Part shown: positions 27,250 to 39,849 of the stretch, in pieces
How the letters are laid out: every line of letters starts with the position of its first letter
How positions within the stretch are numbered: the stretch's first letter is position 1
Program-made: the position numbers and the translations under genes
DNA from: Ginglymostoma cirratum
Lineage: Eukaryota
Direction of reading: 5' to 3'
Assembly (NCBI GenBank): GCA_024137785.1
Contig: JAHRHZ010000274.1
Coordinates: 20,386,086 to 20,450,085 of the forward strand
DNA: 64,000 nt
Notes under the pieces: generated by a model
The model's database searches: none
What the model was told of the DNA's origin: nothing
Seen by the model: the letters and a program-made list of their open reading frames with translations, nothing else

Positions 27250-27630
27250 TATCAGATTGGTCTTTCTGAAAGTCAACCCAAGGAAAGCGATGAGCCTGGA
27301 TGGAGTCCCTGGCAAGCATTTAGATCCTGTGCGTACCAACTGGCGGAGGTATTCACTGACATCTTCAACCTCTCCCTCCTACAAGCTGAAGTCCCCCCGC
27401 TTCAAGAAGACCATCACCATCCCGGTACCTAAGAAAGCACATTCAACATGCCTTAATGACTACTGCCCTGCAGCTCTGATCTTCATAATCATGAAGTGCT
27501 TTGAGAGGCTGTGCATGGCCCACATCAACTCCAGCCTCCCAGCCTGCCTCGATCCACTGCAATTTGCCTACTGATGTAACAGGTCCAAAGCGGACACCAT
27601 TTCCTTAGCGATGCACTCATCCCTGGAACA
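27250..27630 (+). mobile_element. Rex1/Babar-type non-LTR retrotransposon RT fragment
   Basis: VNPRKA...DGVPG, FKKT.TIPVPKK...CLNDY.P.AL..IIMKCFERL.MAHI.SSLP..LDPLQFAY, with a frameshift and a stop. Confidence 0.8.
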
Positions 27631-28634
27631 ACTGCAGTAGGTATGGAATTGATGTCTCACTGTGCTGTAGAGTAAGATATCCATCCCTTACTGATTGCTA
27701 CTGAGAAGCATGACAACATCCCGGCTCGATGTGGGTGTTTTTGTCTGATGCTGAGCTTAGAAATCAGCAAGTGGGTCCAGTCGTCCAGTTGTGCAGTGTC
27801 CATAGTACGATGCTGACAACTCAGAGTTTGTGACTTCAAACTAAATAGGGTCACCATTTCCTTTCATGGAAAAGAACATCACACCATACCTTGTTTAGAC
27901 CTAAAGCATATCTTTGGCTCTCAGTGCCCTCTGGTATTGCTTAGCAATACTCTGTTGTACAAACAATAGCTCTGATGCATAATTAGAGGAATTGGAGATG
28001 GTTAATAAAGGCAGCATTAGCAATGTTGCCACATACCAAAACCAAATTCAAAAAATGTTTTACGTATTGAAACACTGCAATCCAATGGGAATGTCCATGT
28101 ATGTCCTTGCAAGTTTCGGAGATGACCGTAGAGACGGTGGCAGAGGATTTGCTCTGTCAGATATGCAAATATGTAAGCACGCCATGGAATTCCTGGTGTC
28201 TTCTTTCATACAAGATATCTGAGTGCATTTTTAAAATGGCATGGCATAATAAACTGTGATTCTCTTAGCAGTTTTTCTTTCTGTACCTTTTAAAGAGCAA
28301 AAATGATCTGTGCCACTGACATTGAATCGAGAAAAAGGGAAAAAGCTGGGGTGAATGGTGCAATTATTGAGAAGTCATTATACACGCACTGATATGCAAG
28401 ACTGACTGCAACAAATGTCCATGCTCTTTGACATCAAAGAAAAACAAAGAATACATCTATGTAGTTCAAATCACATTTTAAAGGCATAGATTAAATATAT
28501 TGGTAAGCCTTACATTCCCATTGATAGGCAAAAAACATAGATTAAACTATTTTGACCAGTGCATGATTTTTTTTCACAAGGCGTATAGAATAAGTATCAT
28601 TTACAAAGGATCAACAAATCCAGCAAACCCTGGA

Positions 28635-30069
28635 TGTCCAGGAAACTACAGGCCTGTCAGTAAAATCTCAGTGGTGGAGAAACTATTGGAAGCAATTCTG
28701 AGGGACAGAAATAATCTGCTCTTGGAGAGGGAGAGATTAATCAAGAACAGTCAGCATGGTATTGTTAAGGGGAGGTCATGTCTGACTAAATTGACTGAAT
28801 TTTTCGAAGAAGTGATCAGGTGTGCAGATGACAGAAATGCATTTGATGTAATCTACTTGGACTTCAACAAGGCTTTTGCAGAGGTTCCACATGGAAGACT
28901 GATAGTAAGAGTCCATGGGATCCAAGGAAAGTTTGCAAAATGGCTGGATGGCAAATAAAGAAGCTTTATGTGTCTGGAAGCCCATGTCCAGAGAAGTTCT
29001 GCAGGGATGAACGTTGGGGCCTTTGCTGTTTGTGGTGTATATAAATGATTTAAACTTGAAAGTAGGAGGGTTGATCAGTAACTTTGTGGATTACACAAAA
29101 ATTGTTGGGGTGGCAAATAGTGAGAAAGACAGCCTTAGATTACAAGAGGGTACAGTCAATCTGGACAGATGGGCTGATCAGTGACAAATGGAATTAAATT
29201 CTGTTAAGTTAGGGTTAGGGCTAGGGTTAGATTTAGGGTAGGGTTAGGGTTAGGGTTAGTGTTAGGGTTAGGGTTGGGTTAGGGCTAGAGTAGGGCTAGG
29301 ATTAGGATAGTTTAGAAGTGATGAATTTGGGCAGGACAAACAAGGCAAGGGAATACATGATGAACGGTAGGACCATGGGAAGCACTGAGGATCAGATGGA
29401 CCTTGGTGTGCATGTGCATTGTGCCCAAAGGTAGCTGGATTGGTAGATAACATGGTTAAGAAGATATATGGGACTTTTGCCTTTGTTAGCTAAGGCATAG
29501 AGTTTAAGAACAGGGAGGTTATGCTGGTACTGCGTAAAGCATTGATTAGGCTGCAGCTGGAGTATTGTGCGCAGTTCTGGAATCTGCGTCAAAGCAGGGA
29601 TGTCATATCACTTGAACGGGTACATTGAAGATTTACCAGGGTGTTGCCAGGTGAGAGAGTTTTAGTTACAAATAGAAATTGGACAAACTGGGTTATTTTC
29701 CTTGGAGCAGAGGAGCCTGAAGGGGGATGTGATTCAGATGTACAAACTTATGGAGGGTATAGATTGGGTAAACAGGAACAGACTTTGGAGGGATTAATGA
29801 TCAGAAGCATAGATTTAAGTTATGGGGCAGGAGGTTTAGAGGGTGGTGGGAATCTGGAACGCATTCCTTGTATGGGTAGTAGAGGCAGAAACTCTCATAA
29901 CATTTAAGAAGTATTTAGATGTGCACTTGTGATGCCAAGACATAGAATGGTGTGGGACCAAGTGCTGGGAAATGGCATTAGATTAGTTAGGTGCTTGCTT
30001 TTAATTGGGACAGACTCAATGGGCTGAAGGGCCTTTTTCTGGGCTGTAGATCTCTATGACTCTGTGACT
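28635..30069 (+). mobile_element. 5'-truncated, decayed CR1 LINE (RT domain to 3' tail)
   Basis: PGNYRPVS..SVV.KLLE.ILRD, SQHG.VKGRSCLT.L.EFFEE and DVIYLDF.KAF..VPHGRL motifs, with frameshifts and stops. Ends in a CTCTATGACTCTGTGACT tail. Confidence 0.92.
29209..29314 (+). repeat. Interstitial telomeric repeat (TTAGGG)n, degenerate
   Basis: About 18 units, 8 of them perfect TTAGGG, with variants such as CTAGGG, TAGGG, TTAGTG and TTAGGA. Confidence 0.9.
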
Positions 30070-30574
30070 GTATTGTGAGAGATCAAGTTAATTGAAATTA
30101 TGCATTGTGCCTCATGCATATGAGAAATGAATTAAGTGCTTACAGATTTTTAAAATGTACCTTTGTTACAGTTGCTGGACTTGGAGTAAAATTTCTTCTG
30201 GCAAATGAAATATCACTGGTCTGTTAATGCATGCTTAATTATATGTTGACATTGTGTTTGTTAAATTAAAAGCTTTAAAAAAGTGAATTATTTGTCACTG
30301 ACTTCTTTCATTAAGGATTGATTGGGGATTCCTTTATTTTCGCATCACTGGTATCTATAACAAAAAAAAACCAAGAAATATCAAGCAACAAGACATTTTC
30401 TTCTGCCCAAATCAGGAGATTGGGGGATGGTTGCTGGAGGTAGCAGCTGAAGCTGTTTTGTTTGGTTCTAACTTTCCCCAGAAGGTGAGAGTAATTCAAA
30501 ATCAGAAAATCACTAGAGGCATCACAATGAGGTAAGTGGTATTCTAATGCAATCAGCCCCCCTGGGCTTGGGCA

Positions 30575-30730
30575 TTTTGCTATTGCTGTGTGCAAACTGG
30601 CTGCCACAATTTTTACTTTCCTACAAGTGACTACACTACAAAACATACTTCATTAGTTGTAAAATGGTTTGAGACAACATGTGGTTGTAAAACATGCCAC
30701 ATAAATGGAAGACTTTCTTTTCATTCTTTT
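30575..30730 (+). mobile_element. 3' part of a SacSINE1-like SINE
   Basis: GCTGTGTGCAAACTGGCTGCC...AGTGACTACACT...TACTTCATT.G.TGTAAA...ATAAATG.AAG.CTTTCTTT. Confidence 0.6.
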
Positions 30731-31626
30731 TTGGACAGAGCAATCATCATATTAAAAAGAAACCAGCCTGGGAAATTCTTATCCAGTGCATTAAAGATAT
30801 ATACACAGTGTAATGTACTTATTGTGAGTTCCCTCAATTCTTTTTCACACAATAACAATGCCATAAAAGCATATGCAATAAAGATAACAAGGAAATTCAG
30901 TGCCTTGGACAGCGCAGACGGAGAGTTTGAACAGAAAAAATAAATTGCCAATCCCTTCATTATCAAGACTCTGTCTAAAGCAGAAGGCTTGAAGCTGCAG
31001 GTAACTGGATCACTCCTGTTCAGATCAATCTAAATTGAACAGAAGAAAAAGTGAGTTGAGTCCATTTGTTTGATGACATCCTTTCACATCTGGGATTAGG
31101 GGTTGATTCCAATTCATAGACACCATAGAACTTTTCTCTCTCTGAGACATGTTAAAGACCAGAAGTGAAATTTATTTGGACAGCTTTAAGACATGGCCTG
31201 GTGGGATTGGAATTCACAGTATTAAGTGTTCTTAAGATTAATGTTAATCAGCAGTGTAAAAAACAAAATTGATGGGAAGTTATAGTACCATAGTACAGCA
31301 TTAAGCCTGTTAGAAACCATTAAATCTACAGCACATTAGAGAAGTCATAATATCTTCATGCAAATGATATACACTTTTAAATTATTCTGATAAAGTTAAT
31401 AACAAAATTAATTTAATAAAATACAGCTCAAACTATGAAAATATAGTGTGGAAATAAGTGTTAAACACCTGTGATTTAATTCCCTCTACGATTATACATA
31501 GGCTCAGTTTGCTAAACACATAATTGCTCTAGAGATGAAAGGTACTGCAGATGCTGGAGAATCCGAGATAACAAGCATGGGGCTGGATGAACACAGCAGG
31601 TCAAGCAGCATCATAGGAGCAGGAAA

Positions 31627-31660
31627 CTTGACGTTTCGGGCCTAAACCCTTCATCAGAAA
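31627..31660 (-). ncRNA. Minimal hammerhead ribozyme motif, family A
   Basis: Exact reverse complement of 33007-33040. Confidence 0.75.
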
Positions 31661-31875
31661 TGGGGGAGGGGAAGAGGGTTCTGAAATAAATAGGGAGAGA
31701 GGGGGAGGCGGATAGAGGATGGATAGAGGAGAGGATAGGTGGAGAGGAGGCAGACAAGTCGAAGAGGCGGGGATGGAGCCAGTAAAGGTGAGTGTAGGTA
31801 GGGGGGTAGGGAGGAGATAGGTCAGTCCAGGGAGGACGGACAGGTCAAGGGGGCGGGATGATGTTAGTAGATAGG

Positions 31876-32275
31876 NNNNNNNNNNNNNNNNNNNNNNNNN
31901 NNNNNNNNNNNNNNNNNNNNNNNNNNNNNNNNNNNNNNNNNNNNNNNNNNNNNNNNNNNNNNNNNNNNNNNNNNNNNNNNNNNNNNNNNNNNNNNNNNNN
32001 NNNNNNNNNNNNNNNNNNNNNNNNNNNNNNNNNNNNNNNNNNNNNNNNNNNNNNNNNNNNNNNNNNNNNNNNNNNNNNNNNNNNNNNNNNNNNNNNNNNN
32101 NNNNNNNNNNNNNNNNNNNNNNNNNNNNNNNNNNNNNNNNNNNNNNNNNNNNNNNNNNNNNNNNNNNNNNNNNNNNNNNNNNNNNNNNNNNNNNNNNNNN
32201 NNNNNNNNNNNNNNNNNNNNNNNNNNNNNNNNNNNNNNNNNNNNNNNNNNNNNNNNNNNNNNNNNNNNNNNNNNN
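31876..32275. other. Assembly gap (400 N)
   Basis: Run of N between the inverted arms of the Penelope-like element. Confidence 1.
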
Positions 32276-32754
32276 CCACACCCGGCACTTTTCCTTGTAA
32301 CCGCAGGAAGTGCTACACCTGCCCCCACACCTCCTCCCTCACCCCAATCCCAGGCCCCAAGAAGACTTTCCACATCAGGCAGAGGTTCACCTGCACATCT
32401 GCCAATGTGGTATACTGCATCTGCTGTACCCGTTGTGGCTTCCTCTACATCGGGGAAACCAAGCGGAGGCTTGGGGACCGCTTTGCAGAACACCTGCGCT
32501 CAGTTCGCAACAAACAACTGCACCTCCCAGTCGCGAACCATTTCAACTCCCCTTCCCACTCCTCAGATGACATGTCCATCCTTGGCCTCCTGCAATGCCA
32601 CAGTGATGCCACCCGAAGGCTGCAGGAACAGCAAATCATATTCAGCCTGGGAACCCTGCAGCCCAACGGCATCAATGTGGATTTCACAAGCTTCAAAATC
32701 TCCCCTCCCCCAACCGCATCCCAAAACCAGCCCAGCTCATCTCCACCTCCCTAA
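32276..32754 (+). CDS. C-terminal GIY-YIG endonuclease domain of a Penelope-like element ORF (5' part hidden by the gap or truncated)
   Basis: Uninterrupted frame with CNRRKCYTC (Neptune-type Cys motif), NVVYCICC...LYIGET.RRL..RF.EH, PVANHFN and EQ.IIF.LGTLQPNGIN. Confidence 0.88.
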
Positions 32755-33006
32755 CCGGTTTTTCCTCTCACCCCAAGCCACACCCCCATCTCCTATCTAC
32801 TAACATCATCCCGCCCCCTTGACCTGTCCGTCCTCCCTGGACTGACCTATCTCCTCCCTACCCCCCTATCTACACTCACCTTTACTGGCTCCATCCCCGC
32901 CTCTTCGACTTGTCTGCCTCCTCTCCACCTATCCTCTCCTCTATCCATCCTCTATCCGCCTCCCCCTCTCTCCCTATTTATTTCAGAACCCTCTTCCCCT
33001 CCCCCA

Positions 33007-33040
33007 TTTCTGATGAAGGGTTTAGGCCCGAAACGTCAAG
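33007..33040 (+). ncRNA. Minimal hammerhead ribozyme motif, family A
   Basis: TTT CTGATGA A GGGT TTAG GCCC GAAA C GTC AAG: conserved core boxes, stem II, loop-less palindromic stem III (ACGT), GUC cleavage triplet and a 3-bp stem I. Confidence 0.75.
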
Positions 33041-33939
33041 TTTCCTGCTCCTATGATGCTGCTTGACCTGCTGTGTTCATCCAGCCCCATGCTTGTTATC
33101 TCACATAATTGCTCTAGGTCATTGAGTTTATAAAATCACACTGATGTGCTTACTTACCAAGATTGACACTTCCCCTTGCAATAATCTATAACTTTCATGT
33201 GCAAATTTCGCAGAGAGTAATTTGCATTATTTTTCTATCAAACTAATATTTCTGTCCTCTGATGTAATGCAGCTGAATCTTATGCTATTTTGTCTAAGAG
33301 TCAACTTCACTGAGCTTCATGGATGGTTTTTCCCCTTGAGGCCTATCAATACATCTCACCATGTCATCCCAAATTCACCTCATTAAACACCTGCCATGCT
33401 CCTTTGGCTACCCTCTCATTCAATGGAAGCCCATTCCCCCAGTCACCATAGCCAAAAGAACTCACCATTGCTAGGATATCCCGGAAGAGATTGGTGTCCC
33501 TGGCTCCAGGACATCTTTGAACCTTAGTTGAACATCCAGCAAGCACTGGAAATGCAGGGTAGCCCTTCACAAGCAAGGTCCCAGACACATGCTGCCTGCA
33601 GCACATAGCTGCCATGGCTGACATTTCCTGGCATGTTCAGCTCCACTTTCTTGACCCTGACACTGTTTAACCACCAGGTCACACAGATCATCTATCCATA
33701 ACCACTTCTTACCCTCTCTATGTCCCTGCTATTCTGTCTCCAATGCCCCCTGTAGACCATATTTTATCATTATCTGGGGGGCCACAACACACAGGTATGC
33801 ATTTGGACAATTCCAAAGCTGAGCTTTTATTTTCAGTTAAAAATAAATTGAAACAAAACTAATAGAAGCATCTACAATGCAAATGAAATGCTGTCATGAT
33901 GACCAATAACTATTCTACATTCTCCTGCACCATCTTTCC

Positions 33940-34720
33940 AGCCACTCATTCGTTTGAACAAACGTCCTAATTCTATGCTGAGTAGCATGTGGCACCAGCA
34001 GTAATCTAGAGATCACTACCTTCAAGGTCCTGTTTTCAAATCTACTTCCCAGCTCCCTAAATTCTGCTTGCAGAACCTCATCCCCTTTTCTACCTGTCTT
34101 GCTGGTACCGATATCTCTGTCTGTTTGCCTTCCCCCTTCGGTATGTCCTCTAGCCGTTCAGTGAGATACTTGACTCTGGTACTGGGGAGGAACGCACCTT
34201 CCTGTAGTCTCTTTTGTGACCTCAGATTTGCCTGTCTGTTCCCTGTATAACTGAATCCCCTATCACTATAACTGTGCCATTCTTCTTCCTCCCCTCTTGC
34301 ACAGTGGATCCACCCATGGTGTCATGTAGTCGCCTCTCATTGTTTTCTCTTACATAGTCATCTTCCCCAAGGGAATCCAAAACAGTATGTCTGTCAGAAA
34401 GGGGGATGGCATCAGGGGAATCCTGCACTACCTGCCTTCCTCTACTCTGCCTGGTGGTCACCCATGCACTTTCTGCCTGTTTGGTCTTTACCCATGGAGT
34501 GGTTGTGTCACCGAATGTGCTATCCATGACGTACTCAGCATCACGGATTTCCACAGAGAATTCACCTATAGCTCCAGGTTTGAAATGCTGTTCGTCAGTC
34601 AATGCAGTTTGACACACTTCCTGCATGCATGGTCACCAGGAACGATCAAAGCTTCCATGCTTTGCCACATAGCACAGCAGGAGCATATCATGGGTGCCAC
34701 CTCTGCTATCATGACCCCCC
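33940..34720 (-). mobile_element. Decayed CR1 ORF1 (Cys-rich N-terminus plus SGNH/GDSL esterase-like domain)
   Basis: The minus strand gives ICSCCAMW...PGDHACRKC, WVT.RQSRGRQVVQDSP.AIPLS.R.TVLD and VIVIGDSVIQGTDR. Confidence 0.75.
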
Positions 34721-36268
34721 TTTAACCCCTTAGTTACACTCTTCTTATATTAGAAAATCACATTTCCAAATGTTTGCTTAAGCACATTATAAAGGCTCTG
34801 AATATTTAATCTAAAAACAAGTCAGAAAAAGTAAAAGAGAGAAATACTCACTTGCAAATCATTTACTGATGATGGTACACAGGAGTGTTCACTCAATGTT
34901 GCAGGATGTGGTTTATCTCCCAGCTCCTTTCCCTATAGTAGAGCAAGAACCAGTTCCTACGGGGCAAGATAGGTAGAAGAGCAAAAGCAAATGCAAAGAA
35001 ACAAATACCTTTTTCTCAAGTCATGTAACCCCTCACTAATCAATCTCGATCTTCAGCTGCATTAAAGTTCCCTCATTTAAACCTTGCTGCTTCAACATAA
35101 CTGGTTTAGTCAAGACAGCCGGGTACTATTAAGCTTACACAGAGTGAATGTGGTCACCCTGCCTAAACCTACAATTAATTTAATAAAAGAAAATAAACTC
35201 ATTCACTTGAACAGTACCTTCCAAATGCTTCTAATTACAAACTACATTAGAGTTAAGTACAAAGTTAACACATTACCTCCCCACTGACCAAACTCCAGAG
35301 GCTTATACCCAATCTTCGGCTGCACTTGTTTGTACGTGTACAATTTCGATGTTATCTAACCTGGCCTCCCATACATAGGATCTCTCACTTTTCCCACTCA
35401 ATTGAGTTGGGCCTTGAGGCCCACACTTCCCGATGGTGTAACTTTACAGATCTCCTTTTCAATTGACCGATCAACAGCACTTAGTTGATATGAATCTAAA
35501 CTCTTCATCACACCTGAGCTGGTCATACTGTATTGGGATTCACTTCCTTTTAGGTTGCTGTTACGTCAATTCCCTGAGTGCTTCTGGAGGTCTGTTTTCC
35601 TTCTTATTGTCAAAAGAAAATGACCACTTCATACAGAGTTTTGTCTGTTTATCCTCACATGAATTCTAAGTTCTGCAACAAGCCTGTTGCAATACACCAG
35701 GCAGGAATGCAATGCCACTCCAATTAGCTTTAATTAACATTTTGTTTATTTTTTGCCCTCCGCCAGACTTCAATTTGTTAGAAGTGAGGTCATACCCATG
35801 AAATCCAATTATTGCTAATTTCCAAAGTTTCCTTTGGGTTTAAAGGGATATCTCAGAAATATAAGTTCTTCATCACACATACAATTGCTTATACTTTACA
35901 AATAATTTTTCAACCTTCTTTTCCAACAATTTTACTCTCTAGATCTCATGTGGATCTCACCAATCCCCAGTGCTATAGATTCAAACAATTTGTTTGATTC
36001 CTTGGTTGTTGTTACATTCAATGAAGCTCTAGATCTGAATCCCACTCTGTGACTTGATGACCATAGATGATGCACTTACAGTGTGGACAAATAGGTTGAT
36101 TTTAAACATGGAAACTCTTTCAATACACCAACTAACAGGCAGTGACAATGTGAAAATCTCCTGGCTGGTAAGAATCCCACATGTGGTAGCTGCAGTGCAA
36201 CAATCTCCTGATGCTAAAAGGCTATTGCCATGGGCTGTATTCCTTGACAAGCATCCACTGCATTTGGG

Positions 36269-36700
36269 TGAACATGGGAACATAGGAAGAGAGGTAGGTC
36301 ATTGAGCCCATTGAACCTGCCCTGCTATTCAATATGATCATGGCCAATAAAACATTTTAATGCCTTTACCCACCCCCATAACCCTTTACACCACTGGCAA
36401 CCAGAAATCTATAAATCTTTACATCAAACATTCTCAAAGACTAACCTTCCACAGCCCTCTGAGATAGAGAATTCCAAACATTCAGAAACTTCTGCGTAAA
36501 AAAAAATCCTCTTTACGGACCTAAGTGGCTTCTCCCTCATTTTTAAGTAATACCATTTGGTTCTAGACTCCAAACCAGGAGAAACATCTTATCCGCATTT
36601 ATTGTATCTATCCCTTTGAGCATTTTGTAAATTTCACCTTTGAAACTCTAGAGAATACAGGTCCAATTTGTCCAATTTCTCTTCATAGGAAAGTCCCATC
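36269..36700 (-). mobile_element. Old CR1-type LINE 3' fragment
   Basis: Begins GAACATGGGAACATAGGAAGAGAGGTAGGTCATTGAGCCC, a reverse-complemented CR1 tail. Related to 13525-13775. Confidence 0.65.
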
Positions 36701-36719
36701 AACACTACCAAAAGAAGCA

Positions 36720-37070
36720 TCTCCCTGATGTAATATGTCCTCCAAAGTCCCCTTTGTGCAGGATACCCTCCAGTAACCCTGTTGAGTTGCATGTCCTTTG
36801 ATATTCCCCGACTGTATTAAATTTTCTGATATCCCCCTTTAGTGTCATATATATTCTAAAATCCTCCTGCTGCAGTACATAATTTACTATTCCCTGGTGT
36901 AGTATGTCTTCTAATATCCTACCTATGTAGTATGTGCTCTAAAATCTCCTCCAGTGTTGTATAACCTTTAGTATCTTCCTTGTGTAGTATTTCCTGTGAT
37001 AGCTCCCGAGTACACTTCATTATCTACTTGTCCCCCAGTGCAGTATATCCTCTAATAACCCCCTAGTACA
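36720..37070 (+). repeat. Highly degenerate minisatellite, unit about 26-29 bp
   Basis: Roughly 12-13 recurrences of CCC(C)nnTG(T/C)AGTATnTCCTCTAATA-like units. Confidence 0.55.
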
Positions 37071-37734
37071 TTTCATTATCCCTCAAATGGTTTTCAAAGG
37101 GATTCTTGGTCACAGTGAGGAGAGGTTAGAAGCTACAACATTCATATTTTCTGAAGTGCCTTTTCATTAAAGATTTCCATTATTTCATGTTCTTACTGCT
37201 GTGAATGCTACAAAAAAAATCCTTGTTGCTGAAATTTACTGCTGTCTTTCACTCCCAATATTTCTATTCCTCACTAACACTTAGCTAACCTGTTGGATTT
37301 CCTACCACCTGAATTGTGAACTGTCTATAAACATTTCAGCCAGCGCTAGTTGTTCACCTCTCATGAGGCCTGGTCGCATGGATTGACCAGGCTTCCTGCT
37401 GACTGATTTGTTTAGATGCTTTGTCTACTGCCCACCTGACCTCCGCCGTCAATTAAAAGTCACCTCCATTCATTTGTACTGCAACGAATGATGTGTATTG
37501 GGAATAGGAAGGTTTGAAGTTGACAAGAAATAAAACTGGAAGTGATTATATAGCTATAAAAGTTCAAAATCAGAATCAAGACACATTTCTTTTCACCATT
37601 GGACCATCAAGCATTCAAGTGATTGCCTCATCAGTGGACCATCAAAAATCTAACATAATTGTACATCACTGAACAGCGAAAGCATATTCATTGAAATGTC
37701 ATGGCCACAATGTTTGTAATCACTGGCAGCTCCG

Positions 37735-38135
37735 ACCCTCTGCTGTTATGAAACTGTTGTTGAGAAGAACATTAATCAGAGCAGTGCTCTACTGCTTTCT
37801 GAAGAGGTATAGGCACAAGGCTGCACAAAAAGCAGTGAGACAGGCGATGAGATAATCTGCTTTGGTAGAGTTTGTTAAAGGGTAAATGTTGCCTATGTCT
37901 TCAAGTGGCACTGTGGGATCTTTCACATCTTCTGAATAGACATAGCGGCTTTGTTTAATATTTCATTCAGAAGAATCTACCACCATCATTTCACTTTCTC
38001 TCGTTCCTATGCTGCAGTGCCAGCTGAGGCTCAGGCCAAGGGGTTGATTTTCACTGTTCCCACTGTGTGTAAACAGACAGCAGAGGGCTTGTTCTTTCTC
38101 TCGCCTGATTTTCAATCCCTTCCTAATGCTAATTT
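37735..38135 (-). mobile_element. Old SacSINE1/DeuSINE-like SINE
   Basis: Reverse-complement blocks GTGGGATCTTTCACATC and TTTAATATTTCATTCAGAAGA. Confidence 0.5.
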
Positions 38136-39849
38136 CCATTGAGGCCATCCCTACAATCCATGGGTTATGTGTGCTTCAGTTGTCAGAAAAACACTAAAAA
38201 TCCATTTGTGTTTTTAAAGCATTTCTCAAGCATACCAGTTTCATAACTCATTGCAAATTCGGTCATGGGAAATTAACTTTGGCTGAGGATACCTCAGCTG
38301 GACATTACCAGTGATCCAGGCACTGGCTTAATGTTTCATTCATAATCTGGTTTGCAGTTGACTGATCAAATTCTCAATGATGAGAAATAATCCTTAAAAA
38401 GCATGCAGTGACTAATGCTGCAGAGAGAAACAAATCTTGGGAAAAGCAAGGACTAATTTTTTTTTCAAATATCAAGATAAATCATGTGCATAATTGTACA
38501 AGAATTTTTAAAAAATGACACCAGAATTGGAATTGATGTTGTTTGTATAACTTAGCCTATGGAATGTGACAAGTAAGTGTGGGAAATTGACATCATTGGT
38601 TAAAATAACAAATATTGGACCATGTGCAAAGGGACACCCTGAAATGATCAATCATTCCTGATGTTTATTATTCTGGGATTTCACTTGCTCGGTAATTTGG
38701 AATCATCACTTCCTACGGATGTGCTATCAAACTGCACTGGCAATCCACAAATGAGAGTACATGATATACAGAGCTGCCAAGGCCTCTTCAAGTCACTTAC
38801 GCAGAGCAAACGCCTGTAAATGTTTGGAACACTCTGCCTTGTAAGTGTCTTCACCCTTCATTTGCCCTGCTCTTTCAAATTGAGACAGAACGTTAATAAA
38901 TATTTAATTGCATTATGGCGAATGTTTAAATTGTGAATGGCAATGGGGGTTATTTTGACCTGCTGAAGTGAACTGGATGCAGAGAACAGTGCTGGTGCTG
39001 GTGCAGGTGATCTGAAGGTTTGTATGAAATTGGGCCTTGGGCCTCACTAAAATCAAAATGGTGAGAAGCAGGTGCACTTCCGAAAACATCCCCAAGCGCA
39101 GCAGATACAAGCAGCATAACAGTCCTCATGTCAATCCAGGCTGGGCATTATGATGGCTAGTGAATTGACAGAGCTCTCATACTCCTCCTGGCTCCACAGG
39201 ACAGACTTCATTAAAAATTGTTCCTTTCACAACTTGACTTTCATTGGCAGCTTCTGGGGCAGCCCCAGAATCTTGCATCCAATGCCTGCCCTCTCTGTTT
39301 GGCAGCTAACTTTGAAAAGGGATCTTTCAATCTGACATTACATTTATCTTTAATAAATTTCATTGGCCATTAATTTAGAAATGGAAACAATGTTTGTGTA
39401 GATTGGGTACAGGCTGTCCCAGAGTTAAATTGGCATGCTTGGTTCTCGTATTATGTCTGGCTACCCAATACATACCCTGGCCACTATACAAGTGCTACAC
39501 ACCTTGCCACCTGATATTCCTTTCCATCCCAGTCAATGGAGAGAAAATTCAGGTTGATCCATTACTGCCTTTTTTTATCACCACTCCCCCCATTCCCAAT
39601 GATCCATATTAAAGTTAACCTCAAGCTTATCTTGTAATTTCAGATGGAAAGTACTTTCATACAATGGTTTGCATCTTCAGATCATTTACCCTTTGATGCT
39701 ATATGCTCTTTTCCAATTCAATTTGTGATCATTTGCAATGTTATTTTTGCTTGGCTGCAGGATTAACAGCAAAGCTTTTCCTACTTGGCAAATTTTGTGA
39801 TCTCTCAGCTTTGACTTAAAAGTTTGTATGTCCAAGCTCTGCCCACTTG

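Larger units (their letters stand above)
31533..33101. mobile_element. Young Penelope-like (Neptune-type) retroelement with inverted pseudo-LTRs, family A
   Basis: The left arm (31533-31875) is the near-perfect reverse complement of the right arm (~32790-33101). A GIY-YIG ORF lies inside. It is flanked by the direct repeat CACATAATTGCTCTAG (31517-31532 and 33102-33117). Confidence 0.9.

Noticed and set aside
29209-29314. True telomere or chromosome-fusion site
   Set aside because: The tract is short, in one orientation only with no head-to-head TTAGGG/CCCTAA junction, and the CR1 continues collinearly on both sides.
31601-32493. Long ORFs spanning the N run
   Set aside because: They are artefacts of translating through the 400-N gap. 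Only the plus-strand GIY-YIG frame after the gap is meaningful.
36720-37070. CRISPR-like array
   Set aside because: The context is eukaryotic, the units are contiguous and degenerate with no spacers, and there are no cas genes.
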